Below, one piece after another: positions 28,448 to 40,830 of a stretch of 64,000 nt of DNA. Made by a program: the position numbers and the translations under genes. Below the pieces are notes generated by a model that was not told where the DNA came from, made no database searches, and saw only the letters and a list, made by a program, of their open reading frames with translations. The number at the start of each line of letters is the position of its first letter. Position 1 is the stretch's first letter. The stretch comes from an uncultured Acidobacteriaceae bacterium (GTDB lineage: Bacteria; Acidobacteriota; Terriglobia; Terriglobales; Acidobacteriaceae), in the NCBI GenBank assembly GCA_963812685.1, contig CAWEWI010000004.1, positions 650,220 to 714,219 of the forward strand, written 5' to 3'.

Positions 28448-30436
28448 CTAGCTAAATAAAAATTCCTTCGTCCGCAGATCCCGGATCGTATCGCGCAGCT
28501 TCGCGGCCTTTTCGAATTCGAACTTCTTCGCCGCCTCCCGCATATCCGACTCAAGTCTCGTGATGTATTCGTCGAGTTGCCGCTGGTTCTCGAACTCCGG
28601 CATCGATTCCACTTCCTCCGCCAGATCGGCGTATTCCGCCTGCAGGATTTTCGCCAGCGACATGTCGACGGAGCGGATGATGGATTGCGGCGTGATGCCG
28701 TGCTCCTCGTTGTAGGCGCGCTGGACCTCGCGCCGGCGCTGGGTTTCGTCCATGGCCTGGCGCATCGAGTCCGTCAGCTTGTCGGCGTAGAGAATAGCCC
28801 GGCCGCTGAGGTGGCGCGCCGCGCGGCCCATCGTTTGGATCAGCGAACCGGACGAGCGCAGGAAGCCTTCCTTGTCGGCGTCGAGGATCGCGACCAGCGA
28901 AACTTCGGGCAGATCCAGGCCCTCGCGCAGCAGGTTGATGCCGATCAGTACGTCGTACTCGCCCTTGCGCAGATCGCGCAGCAGCTTCACCCGCTCCAGC
29001 GTCTCGATCTCGGAATGCATATAGCGGCAGCGCACGCCGACTTCCGAGTAGTAGCCCGCGAGGTCCTCCGCCATGCGCTTGGTCAGCGTGGTCACCAATA
29101 CCCGCTCGCCCTTTTGCGCGCGGTCGCGAATCTCATGCAGCAGGTCGTCGATCTGGCCCCGCACCGGCCGTATCTCGACCTCAGGATCGACCAGCCCAGT
29201 CGGCCGAATGATCTGCTCCACCACCACCCCGGCGGCCTTGGTCAACTCATAGGGCCCCGGCGTCGCGGAGACATAAACGATCTGATTGGTGCGCGCCTCA
29301 AATTCCTCGAACTTGAGCGGGCGATTGTCCATCGCCGAAGGCAGGCGGAAGCCGTAATCCACCAGGTTCTGCTTCCGCGAGCGGTCGCCGTGCCACATGC
29401 CGTGCAGCTGCGGAACCGTGACGTGCGACTCATCGATAAAGAGCAGATAGTCGCGCGGAAAATAATCGAGCAGCGTCGGCGGCGGCTCGCCGGGAAGGCG
29501 CCCGGAAAAGTGGCGCGAGTAGTTCTCGATGCCGTGGCAGTAGCCGACAGACTTGATCATCTCCAGATCGAATCGTGTCCGCTGGTGCACGCGCTGCGAT
29601 TCAACCATCCGCCCCTGCGTCTCCAGTTCCTTCTCCCACCAGCTCAGCTCTTCGAGAATCGTCTCGATCGCCGTCTTCCTTCGCTCCGGCTGCACCACGT
29701 AGTGGCTCTTGGGGTAGATGGGCAGGCGCGCATACTTCTGCCGCACCGTTCCAAACAGCGGATCGATCTGCGCCAGAGAGTCGATCTCATCGCCGAAGAG
29801 TTCAATGCGGTAGGCGTTCTCGTCGTAGGTGGGGAACACCTCGATGACGTCACCGCGCACGCGGAAGGTCCCGCGGCGGAAATCGGCGTCGTTGCGTTCG
29901 TAGAGAATCTCCACGAGACGCCGAGTGATGTCGTCGCGGCGCACCCTCTGGCCCTTCTCGAGCAGCAGCAGCATGCCGTAGTACGCCTCCGGCGATCCAA
30001 GGCCGTAGATGCACGAGACTGACGCGACAATGATGGCATCCCGGCGTTCGAAGAGAGAGCGCGTCGCCGAAAGCCGGAGCTTGTCCAGCTCCTCATTGAT
30101 CGTGGCTTCCTTCTCGATGTAGAGGTCGCCCGCAGGAATGTACGCTTCCGGCTGGTAGTAGTCGTAGTACGACACGAAATATTCGACCGCATTGTGCGGG
30201 AAGAACATTTTGAACTCGTGAAAAAGCTGCGCGGCGAGAGTTTTGTTGTGGGCCAGAACCAGCGCCGGGCGATTCAGCGCCTCGATCATCTTCGCCATCG
30301 TGAAGGTCTTGCCCGAACCGGTGACGCCGAGCAGGACCTGATGCTTCTCCCCGGCTTCGATGCCGGTCAGGAGTTCTTCGATGGCGCGGCCCTGATCGCC
30401 GCGCGGCTTGTAGTCGCTGACTAGCTGGAAGTCCAC
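28448..30436 (-). CDS. uvrB: excinuclease ABC subunit B
   Basis: [23 protein letters not shown], helicase motifs and a C-terminal UVR domain ([14 protein letters not shown]). Confidence 0.97.
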   Translation of the reverse strand: MDFQLVSDYKPRGDQGRAIEELLTGIEAGEKHQVLLGVTGSGKTFTMAKMIEALNRPALVLAHNKTLAAQLFHEFKMFFPHNAVEYFVSYYDYYQPEAYIPAGDLYIEKEATINEELDKLRLSATRSLFERRDAIIVASVSCIYGLGSPEAYYGMLLLLEKGQRVRRDDITRRLVEILYERNDADFRRGTFRVRGDVIEVFPTYDENAYRIELFGDEIDSLAQIDPLFGTVRQKYARLPIYPKSHYVVQPERRKTAIETILEELSWWEKELETQGRMVESQRVHQRTRFDLEMIKSVGYCHGIENYSRHFSGRLPGEPPPTLLDYFPRDYLLFIDESHVTVPQLHGMWHGDRSRKQNLVDYGFRLPSAMDNRPLKFEEFEARTNQIVYVSATPGPYELTKAAGVVVEQIIRPTGLVDPEVEIRPVRGQIDDLLHEIRDRAQKGERVLVTTLTKRMAEDLAGYYSEVGVRCRYMHSEIETLERVKLLRDLRKGEYDVLIGINLLREGLDLPEVSLVAILDADKEGFLRSSGSLIQTMGRAARHLSGRAILYADKLTDSMRQAMDETQRRREVQRAYNEEHGITPQSIIRSVDMSLAKILQAEYADLAEEVESMPEFENQRQLDEYITRLESDMREAAKKFEFEKAAKLRDTIRDLRTKEFLFS

Positions 30437-30535
30437 AGATCGATTCTAGGGGATGAGGAACTGAGGGCGTGGACGCGAAGCCGTCGACCGCACCTTATAC
30501 ACCGTTTTCCTGGAATATGGTGTATGCTGTTTTCG

Positions 30536-30736
30536 ATGGCCCGAACTAACATCGACATTGACGAAACGCTGGTACGCAAAGCGAGTCGGCTGACGCGGCT
30601 GAAAACAAAGCGCCAGGTTGTGAATGCCGCATTAGAGCTTCTGGTCCGCTCGGAAGAGAGAAAAGGAATCCTGCGGTATTACGGATCTGGAATCTGGCAA
30701 GGCGATCTCAGAGAGTCGCGGAGAAATCGCGTTTGA
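30536..30736 (+). CDS. vapB: type II antitoxin, VapB (DUF2191-like)
   Basis: MARTNIDIDETLVRKA... is the typical VapB start. The stop overlaps the vapC start. An ATG at 30524 is also possible. Confidence 0.75.
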   Translation: MARTNIDIDETLVRKASRLTRLKTKRQVVNAALELLVRSEERKGILRYYGSGIWQGDLRESRRNRV

Positions 30737-31122
30737 TCCTGGTCGATAGCTCGGTCTGGATCGACTTTTTCAGCAGCGCTCCACACCGTTCGGGCGCCGA
30801 ACTGCGGCGCATGATCGAGGACAGCGAGCCCTTCGCCTTGACCGGGGTAGTCGCCGCTGAGGTTCTGCAGGGGCTTACCCGCGATCCTGGCCGGATTGAA
30901 TCATTTCTGGGGCAGTGGGACTTCCTGGAACCGCACGGGATTGCGACGTATCGCGAAGCGGCGAGGATCTTCCGGGCAGCACGCAGCAAGGGAGTTTCGC
31001 TGACAACGATCGACACCATCATCGCTGCGATTGCGATCGAACATAACGCAAGTGTGTTCACACTCGACCGGGATTTCGGAGGTATCGCTCGCGTTGCCCC
31101 ACTCCAGCTTTACTCCTTTTGA
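30733..31122 (+). CDS. vapC: type II toxin VapC (PIN-domain ribonuclease)
   Basis: MILVDSSVWIDFF (first acidic PIN residue), later acidic residues (EVLQG, TIDTIIAA, FTLDRDF), 129 aa, 4-nt overlap with vapB. Confidence 0.85.
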   Translation: MILVDSSVWIDFFSSAPHRSGAELRRMIEDSEPFALTGVVAAEVLQGLTRDPGRIESFLGQWDFLEPHGIATYREAARIFRAARSKGVSLTTIDTIIAAIAIEHNASVFTLDRDFGGIARVAPLQLYSF

Positions 31123-31163
31123 GCGATACCGAAACGAGCCCGATAACGCGACAGAGGGTTGAG

Positions 31164-31199
31164 AAGGAAAACGCCCACATTGGTGATGAAATGCGGGCG
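31164..31199 (-). terminator. intrinsic terminator downstream of katG
   Basis: - strand: CGCCCGCA-12 nt loop-TGTGGGCG (8 bp including one G-U) followed by TTTTCCTTCTC. Confidence 0.55.
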
Positions 31200-31214
31200 C
31201 TGATTGTTGTGAGT

Positions 31215-33644
<2,430 letters not shown>

Positions 33645-33665
33645 CTACGACGAGCCATAGTTCCA

Positions 33666-33702
33666 ATAGATGAATCCGATGGATGGAATAGGATAGACCT
33701 AT
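33666..33702. promoter_or_regulatory. OxyR-type operator in the katG-oxyR divergent region
   Basis: ATAGatgaatcCGATggatggaATAGgatagacCTAT matches the four-element ATAG-N7-CTAT-N7-ATAG-N7-CTAT spacing, with one degenerate element. It overlaps the oxyR start codon (33701). Confidence 0.5.
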
Positions 33703-34627
33703 GGAACTGCAGCAGCTGCGCTACCTGTGCGCGATAGTCGAAACCGGCAGTTTCAGCCGCGCCGCCGAGCATTGCCACGTGGCCCAGCCCTCACTATCGC
33801 AACAAATCTCAAAACTGGAGGACGAGCTGGGAACGAGACTCTTCGATCGGCTCGGGCGCAGCGTTCGGCTCACCGATGCAGGGCGAACCTTTCTCCCACA
33901 CGCGCGCAATGTACTCCACCAAACGGAGCTGGCGCGCAGCGAAGTCGATGGGCGGCGGCGCGATGCTCGCGGAACCGTCATCGCGGGCGTCATTCCGACC
34001 ATCGCCCCCTATTACATGCCGGAGCGTATCGCGGCGTTCAGAAGAAAGTTCCCCGAATCGACGCTGCGCATTATCGAAGAAACCACCCCGGTGCTGGTGG
34101 AGAGTCTGCGTAATCTCTCCATCGACATTGCCATCCTGTCTCTGCCCCTGCGGCATCGCGATTTCGATGTTGTTCCTCTGCTCACTGAGCGTCTTTATGT
34201 GGCGCTCCCGCCCGATCACCCGCGCGTCAGCGCTGTTAGGATCTCGTTGCGCGAGCTCCGTGAGGAGCGCTTCGTGCTGCTGCGCGATAGCCACTGCTTT
34301 CGCGAAATTGCGCTGGCCGCCTGCCATCGCGCTCACCTCGACCCGCGCATCGCCTTTGAGAGCGGGCAGTTCAGCAGCTTGCTGGGAATGGTCGCGGCCG
34401 GGGTCGGTATCTCACTGGTGCCGGAAATGGCCATTGATCGACGCGCTGGCTGCCGCTACGTGCGTGTCTCCGACGCGAAAGCGGTGCGCACCATTGCGTC
34501 CGCGCGGCTCAAGGGTCGCTCGTTCAGCCGGGTGCAGCACGCTTTTTTGGAATCCTTGGCGAAAGGACCTGGCCCCGCCCCTGTGTCTTCCAGGGCTGGG
34601 TCGGCACGGCGTGAGGCGGCGACCTGA
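33701..34627 (+). CDS. oxyR: LysR-family hydrogen peroxide sensor OxyR
   Basis: LysR wHTH (LRYLCAIVETGSFSRAAEHCHVAQPSLSQQISKLE), divergent from katG. HCFREIALAAC gives the C-x8-C spacing of the OxyR redox cysteines. Confidence 0.85.
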   Translation: MELQQLRYLCAIVETGSFSRAAEHCHVAQPSLSQQISKLEDELGTRLFDRLGRSVRLTDAGRTFLPHARNVLHQTELARSEVDGRRRDARGTVIAGVIPTIAPYYMPERIAAFRRKFPESTLRIIEETTPVLVESLRNLSIDIAILSLPLRHRDFDVVPLLTERLYVALPPDHPRVSAVRISLRELREERFVLLRDSHCFREIALAACHRAHLDPRIAFESGQFSSLLGMVAAGVGISLVPEMAIDRRAGCRYVRVSDAKAVRTIASARLKGRSFSRVQHAFLESLAKGPGPAPVSSRAGSARREAAT

Positions 34628-34990
34628 TTAATCAGGCGGGCCCCACCCATAGACTGCGCTGTCCGAGTCTGTCACGCGATGCAGGCGGAAGTCGACGACA
34701 GCCTGATAGGCGAACCGGAATCCCTCCCGGAATTGTTCTCTGGAAATCGGCCCCAGGTCGGGATCACGATAGTCTGCGTGCCGGCCGAGGTCAGGCGGGC
34801 TTTTTGCGCTCATGTCGTGGTTGGCAGCGTCTTCTCCCGCGCGAAACCCGTCGTGCCAGGTCTGCGTGTAGTATCCCTGGGGCTCCTCCGGAGCCCACGG
34901 CCACGGCGATGCCTGCGCGACGGCCGCGGCAGACGTAGCAGCAGCCAGGGCTAGTGCAAATCCCCACGCAATTACTTTGAGAGTCTTCAT
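34628..34990 (-). CDS. small secreted hypothetical protein, paralogue A (120 aa)
   Basis: Signal peptide MKTLKVIAWGFALALAAATSAAAVAQA. The core PEEPQG..Q.WH.GF..G..AA.HD...PD..RH...R.PDL....FREGFR..Y is shared with 35124-35462. Confidence 0.65.
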   Translation of the reverse strand: MKTLKVIAWGFALALAAATSAAAVAQASPWPWAPEEPQGYYTQTWHDGFRAGEDAANHDMSAKSPPDLGRHADYRDPDLGPISREQFREGFRFAYQAVVDFRLHRVTDSDSAVYGWGPPD

Positions 34991-35051
34991 CGTCTTGCCT
35001 CAGTATTTGAGATTCCGATCAGGTACAGAAGGGCGACCGCGTTTTCACTAC

Positions 35052-35089
35052 ACAAAAATGAGAGGAGCCGGCTAACACCGGCTCTCCCT
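35052..35089 (-). terminator. intrinsic terminator downstream of paralogue B
   Basis: - strand: GGGAGAGCCGG-tgttag-CCGGCTCCTCTC followed by ATTTTTGTGT. Confidence 0.65.
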
Positions 35090-35123
35090 TTGTGCTTCGG
35101 CTTCAGCAGCCCGTCGCGGGGCG

Positions 35124-35462
35124 TCAGTATCCGCCCCCCCGGGTGTGATGGTCGTAGTACATGTGGTAACCGCGCCGGAATCCCTCGCGGAAGTCCTGGC
35201 GCTGGTCCCGCGGCAAATCGGGATGGCGGAAATTGTCGTGCCGATCCGGATCTGGTGAACGATTGGCGTCGACATCGTGCCGCGCGGCTTCAACTCCATC
35301 ATGGAACCCACTGTGCCAGGCCTGCGACCAGTTTCCCTGCGGTTCATCCGGCGACCACGCACCCGGCGGTGGCGGGCCATTTTGCGCATGAACAGCCAGC
35401 GTCGTTCCGCCGGACAACGCAAGGCCCAGAACCAGAGCCAGTGCGGTTTTCGATTTTCTCAT
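35124..35462 (-). CDS. small secreted hypothetical protein, paralogue B (112 aa)
   Basis: Signal peptide MRKSKTALALVLGLALSGGTTLAVHAQ. Same core motif set as 34628-34990. His/Tyr-rich tail YHMYYDHHTRGGGY. Confidence 0.65.
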   Translation of the reverse strand: MRKSKTALALVLGLALSGGTTLAVHAQNGPPPPGAWSPDEPQGNWSQAWHSGFHDGVEAARHDVDANRSPDPDRHDNFRHPDLPRDQRQDFREGFRRGYHMYYDHHTRGGGY

Positions 35463-35586
35463 TGTCTCTCCTTCAGCTTTCAGCTTCGTGGGATTTACAA
35501 CTCTTCTCCCTGTTCATGGGATGCACGCCTGTTCGGTTCAGGCCACGAATATCTCAACGAGAATTTCGCGTTGAGGCGGGCAACCG

Positions 35587-36303
35587 CTAGCGAGGAACGC
35601 TCGTTCTGCCTTCGAAAGCCAGAGCGTCGGCCCATTCCCCCGCCGCGTCGACCAGGCAATCGGAGGGAATCGATTCCACCGTATGCGAGGACAGCCCGAA
35701 ACGGCAGCCCAGCACCCAGGCCCCCGACCGGCGCGCCGTCAGAATATCGACACTGGAGTCGCCAATCATCAGCGTCTCTTCGGGAGCGACGCCGGCTTCG
35801 CGAATCACAGTGTTCAATCCTTCCGGATCGGGCTTCTTGCTGGCGAAACTGTTACCTCCATAGATACGAAACATATACGGACTGAGACCCAGGCCATCGC
35901 AGATCGCGACCGAGGGTCCGACGGGCTTGTTTGTGAGCACCGCCATTTTTCTCGCGGAGGCGTCCGCAGTTGCGCGCATCGCATCGAGTGATGCAAAGAC
36001 GCCGGGATAGACGTACGTGTAATCCAGCTTGTGCTCGCGATAGTGCGCGAGGAAATGCTGCAGCGCGTTCTCTACCAGCGGCTCGTCCTCGGGATCGCCC
36101 AGCGCTCGCCGCACCAGCATTCCGGCGCCATCGCCGATGTACGTCGCGATGATCTCCTCGGGCAGAGGCTGGCGGCCGAACTCCGTCAGCATGGCGTTGA
36201 TGGAGTTGGTCAGATCTTTGCGCGAATCAATCAGCGTCCCATCCAGATCGAAAACGATCAGCCGAATCTTCTCCGCCGGAATCGGATTCAGGATCTGCAG
36301 CAT
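35587..36303 (-). CDS. HAD-superfamily hydrolase, phosphoglycolate phosphatase-like
   Basis: LIVFDLDGTLIDS (motif I), LTNKP (motif II), GDSSVDI (motif IV-like). Confidence 0.8.
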   Translation of the reverse strand: MLQILNPIPAEKIRLIVFDLDGTLIDSRKDLTNSINAMLTEFGRQPLPEEIIATYIGDGAGMLVRRALGDPEDEPLVENALQHFLAHYREHKLDYTYVYPGVFASLDAMRATADASARKMAVLTNKPVGPSVAICDGLGLSPYMFRIYGGNSFASKKPDPEGLNTVIREAGVAPEETLMIGDSSVDILTARRSGAWVLGCRFGLSSHTVESIPSDCLVDAAGEWADALAFEGRTSVPR

Positions 36304-36342
36304 GTTTCCAGTCTATAGGGCCTCCGCTGCACTGATTTCAGC

Positions 36343-38445
36343 GTGCTGCGTTATGCTCTCAGAATGCTGAAATTCTCAGGTTGCACGTTCCTGGCTGCAG
36401 TCTGCCTCTGTTCGTTTTCGTTCGCCCCTGCCCTCGCGGAAGACCACTTTCCTTCCAATGAGGACATGCGCCACGTGCGCTCGGTGGCACAGCCGAAGGT
36501 CTCGCCGGATGGGCAGCAGGTGCTGATTCAGATTTCCGATGCAACCGCCGATGGCGGGAAGAGCCACCTTTGGCTCGTCGACGTGAAAGCGAATACGTTT
36601 CGCCAGCTGACGTTCTCGCCGAGCGCGGACAAGCGCGGCGAATCCGGCGGTCAGTGGATGCCGGACGGAAACAGCATTCTGTTTGTCGCGCGTCGCGGCG
36701 AGCACACGCAGTTGTTCCGGTTGCCCATGAATGGCGGCGAGGCGCATGCCTTCGAGGTGAAGATTGTGCCGCCGGTCGACGAATCGACGGCGCCCGACGC
36801 AATTCCGCCGGCAAAGAAGCCCGCAGCAGGAGCCGACGCGGCGAAGCCCGAACCGGTGGAGTGCGACATCCAGCGCTATTTCATCGCGCCGGATGGAAAA
36901 CACATCGCGATTCTGGTGCGGGACCCGGAAACGCCCGGAGAAAAAAAGCAGGACGACGAGAAGGCCGACGCGGTGTGGGTCAATCACAATCTGCATGGAT
37001 CGCGTCTTTACCTTCTTGATCCGGCCGATGGCAAGATTACTCCCACCGCCGTCCCGCCCGATGTACGCGGCGTTTCATGGGCGCAGCAGAGCGATCGGCT
37101 GCTGGCAATCGCGGAGGGAATGAACGATGCGGGCGATCTCTCCCCTGACGGAACAGCGTGGGTTCTTTCCGTCAGTGATCCTGCCCATCCAACGCAGTTC
37201 AAAACCGCTCCCGCTACCATCGGATCCGCCGCGTGGTCCACGGACGGCAACCACATCTTCTTCACCGCGCAAAGCCAGGCCGATGCTCCCCCCGCTTATG
37301 CGGATCTCTACGAATTGACCCTGGCCGATGGCTCGATCCACAACTTGAGCGCCGGCTTTGACGGCAGCATGGGGCACGACGAGCCACTTGCCGACGAAGG
37401 GAAAGTTCTGGAATCGGCGGAGCTCGGCACCAAAACCACGCTGGTGCGCTTCGACGGCGACCGGCACGAAGCGCTGCACTTCGAAACCGCGACGGTTTCG
37501 CAGTTCAATACGAATGCGAAGCACACGGCTTGGGTTTGGCTGGGATCTTCCAGCAACCAACCGCCCGCTCTCTTCTATTCCGACAAGCTCGGCGGGACAG
37601 CAAGGACGCTGAGCACTCCCAAGCTGCTTCCGTCAGACTGGACGCCGGTGTCATCACAGCTGATTACCTGGAAGAGCGACGCCTTCACGATCGAGGGCCT
37701 TCTCTATCTGCCTTCGCAAGCCGCACAGCATAAGGTGCCACTCGTTGTGGATGTGCACGGTGGCCCCACCGGCGCGTTCCAGGACAACTGGAATGCGCTG
37801 ATAGAGTTTCTCCTGGGCCAGGGATGGGCCGTGCTGCGCACCAATCCGCGCGGAAGCACGGGTTACGGAGCTGCCTTCGCCGCGGCCAACAAAGACGACC
37901 TCGGCGGCGGCGATTATCGCGACATCATGGCCGGAGTCGATACCGTGCTCGCCAAATATCCGCTCGACAGCAACAAGCTGGCCCTGATGGGTTATAGCTA
38001 CGGCGGTGAAATGGCTGGTTTTGTCGAGGGCAAAACCGACCGCTTCAAAGGAATCATCAGCGGAGCACCCGTCATCGATCAGGAAAGCGAGTACGGCACC
38101 GAGAGCGGCTCCTATTACGACCGCTGGTTCTACAACGGCTATCCGTGGGAGCACGCCGAGAGCGCGTGGCGGCAGAGCCCGCTCGCCAACGCAGCGCATG
38201 CCAAAACGCCGTTTCTGCTGCTGCAGGGCGAAAGCGATCACACCGATCCGCTGGGCCAGAGCCAGGAAATGTATCGCGCACTGCGACAAATGGGCGTACA
38301 GGTGGAGATGGTGCAGTATCCGCGTGAGGATCACGGGCCGCTGGCTGGCGGCATCTTCGGATCGCCCAGCACCGAACCGTGGCACGGTTTCGATGGACGG
38401 CAGCGCATTGTGACCTTCATCAAAAAAGCCTTCGGAGAACAGTGA
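36343..38445 (+). CDS. S9 family serine peptidase (prolyl oligopeptidase/acylaminoacyl-peptidase-like), secreted
   Basis: Signal peptide, beta-propeller-like N-terminal half, catalytic GYSYGGEM, later GESDHTDP and EDHG. The start may be ATG 36364 instead of GTG 36343. Confidence 0.85.
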   Translation: MLRYALRMLKFSGCTFLAAVCLCSFSFAPALAEDHFPSNEDMRHVRSVAQPKVSPDGQQVLIQISDATADGGKSHLWLVDVKANTFRQLTFSPSADKRGESGGQWMPDGNSILFVARRGEHTQLFRLPMNGGEAHAFEVKIVPPVDESTAPDAIPPAKKPAAGADAAKPEPVECDIQRYFIAPDGKHIAILVRDPETPGEKKQDDEKADAVWVNHNLHGSRLYLLDPADGKITPTAVPPDVRGVSWAQQSDRLLAIAEGMNDAGDLSPDGTAWVLSVSDPAHPTQFKTAPATIGSAAWSTDGNHIFFTAQSQADAPPAYADLYELTLADGSIHNLSAGFDGSMGHDEPLADEGKVLESAELGTKTTLVRFDGDRHEALHFETATVSQFNTNAKHTAWVWLGSSSNQPPALFYSDKLGGTARTLSTPKLLPSDWTPVSSQLITWKSDAFTIEGLLYLPSQAAQHKVPLVVDVHGGPTGAFQDNWNALIEFLLGQGWAVLRTNPRGSTGYGAAFAAANKDDLGGGDYRDIMAGVDTVLAKYPLDSNKLALMGYSYGGEMAGFVEGKTDRFKGIISGAPVIDQESEYGTESGSYYDRWFYNGYPWEHAESAWRQSPLANAAHAKTPFLLLQGESDHTDPLGQSQEMYRALRQMGVQVEMVQYPREDHGPLAGGIFGSPSTEPWHGFDGRQRIVTFIKKAFGEQ

Positions 38446-38455
38446 AGCTTCGTGA

Positions 38456-39869
38456 TTAGATTCGTTGCCTCTTCCAGCGTCCCTGCTTGAAGAGAATCAG
38501 GCTGGCCACGGCGATGGAGCACTCCGCGATGACCACGGAGAGAAAGGCTCCCTCGGCGCGCAGATGGGCGCGTGTGGCCAGCCACCAGGCGAGCGGGATT
38601 TCGAGAACCCAGAAGCCGAAGAAGTTCACGAAGGTCGGGGTCACCGTATCGCCCGCGCCGTTAAAGGCCTGCAGCAGAACCATCACCCAGGCATACGCGA
38701 GGTTTCCGCACGCAAACGTGCGTAACGCTCGTGCGCCGATAGCGACGACCGCGGAGTCATCCACAAACAGGCCGACCACTGGGGTCGCATAGACGTAGAA
38801 GACGACTCCCAGCACTCCGAGAAACAGCATGTTGTAAAGGCCGGTGCGCCAAACCGCCTGTTCGGCGCGTTGCGGATGCCGCGCTCCCAGATTTTGCCCC
38901 ACCAGAGTCGCCGCGGCGTTGCTGAGACCCCAGGCCGGCAAGATGAAAAACATGACTATGCGAATGGCCACGGTATAGCCGGCAACGGCGGCAGCTCCGA
39001 AAAACGAAACAATGCGCACCAGGCCAATCCAACTGGCGTTGGCAATGGCGAACTGCAGAATGCCAGTGAAAGAAACGCGCAGCAATCGCCACAGCACGGG
39101 CACGTTCAAATAAATATGCCGCGTGAGGATGCGGATGCGCTCCGTCCCGCGCATTAGCCAGTAGAACTGAATGAGCACGCCGATGCTGCGTCCGGTAAAG
39201 GTGGCCAGCGCCGCGCCAGTAACGCCAAGGTGCGGGAAGGGACCGAGCCCGAAAATAAGACAAGGATCGAGGATGAAGTTGATGATGTTCGAAACCCACA
39301 GCAGCCGCATGGCGATGGCCGCGTCGCCGGCGCCGCGAAAAATGGCATTGTTGAGAAACAGCATGATGATCGCGCCGCAGCCACCGAGCGCGATGCGTGC
39401 ATAGCCGGAACCAACCGCGACGATGGCCGGCGAAGCTCCCATCAGCCGGAGCAGGTGAGGCGCCTCGATCCCGGCCGGAATGCCCAGCGCCAGGGAAATG
39501 AGCAGTCCGAGTGCGATGGCCTGCACCGCGGAGATGGCGGCGTCTTCCGGATCCTTCTCGCCGATGCGGCGCGCAACCATTGCCGTGGTGGACATATGAA
39601 ACGCCGAGGCCGATGGAAAACACCAGCGCAAGGATCGACTCGGTGAGTCCCACGGTAGCGACCGCGTTGGCTCCGAGCCGCCCAACCCAGAAAGTGTCCA
39701 CCACTGCGAAGAGCGACTCCAGCACCATTTCGAGAACCATAGGAATCGCGAGCAGCAGGATGGACCGGTTCAGGCTTCCTGCGGTGTAATCCTGGTGCGA
39801 GCCACGCAGTGCCTCGCGCACGGAGGCCCAGAATCCGCGCTGGGGCTCGGATTGGACAGGGATGTTCAT
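38456..39869 (-). CDS. MATE family efflux transporter interrupted by a 1-nt frameshift; reads as ORFs 38757-39869 and 38456-39685
   Basis: The N-terminus (LLLAIPMVLEMVLESLFAVVDTFWVGRLG...ILALVFSIGLG) is in one frame and the continuation (MSTTAMVARRIGEKDPE... to the C-terminus) is in another. The junction is at catatg (39593-39598). The span of 1414 nt is a multiple of 3 plus 1. Confidence 0.75.
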
Positions 39870-39927
39870 GCAGTCACAGCAAGATATCGAACGATTTCTT
39901 GAGGGTTGTCAGGCCGAAGGTGATGGC

Positions 39928-40692
39928 CTAGATCAGCAGCGTTTGCGCGGTTTCCTCTGAGGGCGCATCGGCGAAATGAAGATCGGGCAGGTCTTCGACC
40001 GCGCGGCGGAGGGATTGCTCCCAGCGTGCGTGAATCGCCTGCAACTCCGCGTCGCCATGCGTAAATTTACGATAGCAATCGAGGATCAGACTGTCCCTGC
40101 GATACAGCACCAGCTCGATGGGCGGCCCGATCGCGCCATTCGAGCGCATGGTGGCGTCGAAGGAAAGCAGCGCATATTTGGCTGCAACCATTAGAGTGGT
40201 GGAATTGAAAACGACGCCACGATCGAGCAGCGGTCGGCCGTATTTATACTCGCCGAGCTGCAGGAAGGGCGATTCTTCCGTCGCGCAAATCGGATTGCCC
40301 TGCGGATAAATCATGTAGAGCGCAGGTTCCTCGCCGCGTACCTGTCCGCCCAGCAGCAGATGCACGTTGAAGGAAAAGTTGTCGCGCTCCAGCGCGGCGC
40401 GATCGAGCTCCGCCACCTGGCGCACGCAGTCACCCAGCTCGCGCGCCGCTTCGTACATGCTGGTGGCGCGCGCCAGACCTTCCGCAGCGCCGAACCGCGC
40501 CTTCGCCAGGTTGACCACGGACTGGCTGAGCGAGAGGCTTCCGCTGCTGAGCACTACAAATGCCCGCTCGCCCGGCTGGCAGAACGTGTGCATCTTGCGC
40601 GCGATATTCAGGTCGTCGAAGCCCGCGTTGGTGCGCGAGTCCGAGGCCAACACCAGGCCTTCCCGTGTCATGATGCCCAGACAATACGTCAT
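39928..40692 (-). CDS. proteasome-type Ntn protease, Anbu (ancestral beta subunit) family
   Basis: MTYCLGIMTREGLVLASDSRTNAG has Thr directly after Met with no propeptide. Beta-subunit-like fold length (254 aa) and a neighbouring transglutaminase-like gene, as is typical for Anbu loci. Confidence 0.75.
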   Translation of the reverse strand: MTYCLGIMTREGLVLASDSRTNAGFDDLNIARKMHTFCQPGERAFVVLSSGSLSLSQSVVNLAKARFGAAEGLARATSMYEAARELGDCVRQVAELDRAALERDNFSFNVHLLLGGQVRGEEPALYMIYPQGNPICATEESPFLQLGEYKYGRPLLDRGVVFNSTTLMVAAKYALLSFDATMRSNGAIGPPIELVLYRRDSLILDCYRKFTHGDAELQAIHARWEQSLRRAVEDLPDLHFADAPSEETAQTLLI

Positions 40693-40830
40693 TGCGCGGT
40701 TCAGCCCCCGAAGATTTTCCCGTGCCGATAGGACATTGTGACAGCTTTCCGATACGATTCAAAGACATTCGACCAACGCTGAAGCCAACGCACCACATCT
40801 TAAGAACACCTGAAGCACCGTGGAGGCACG

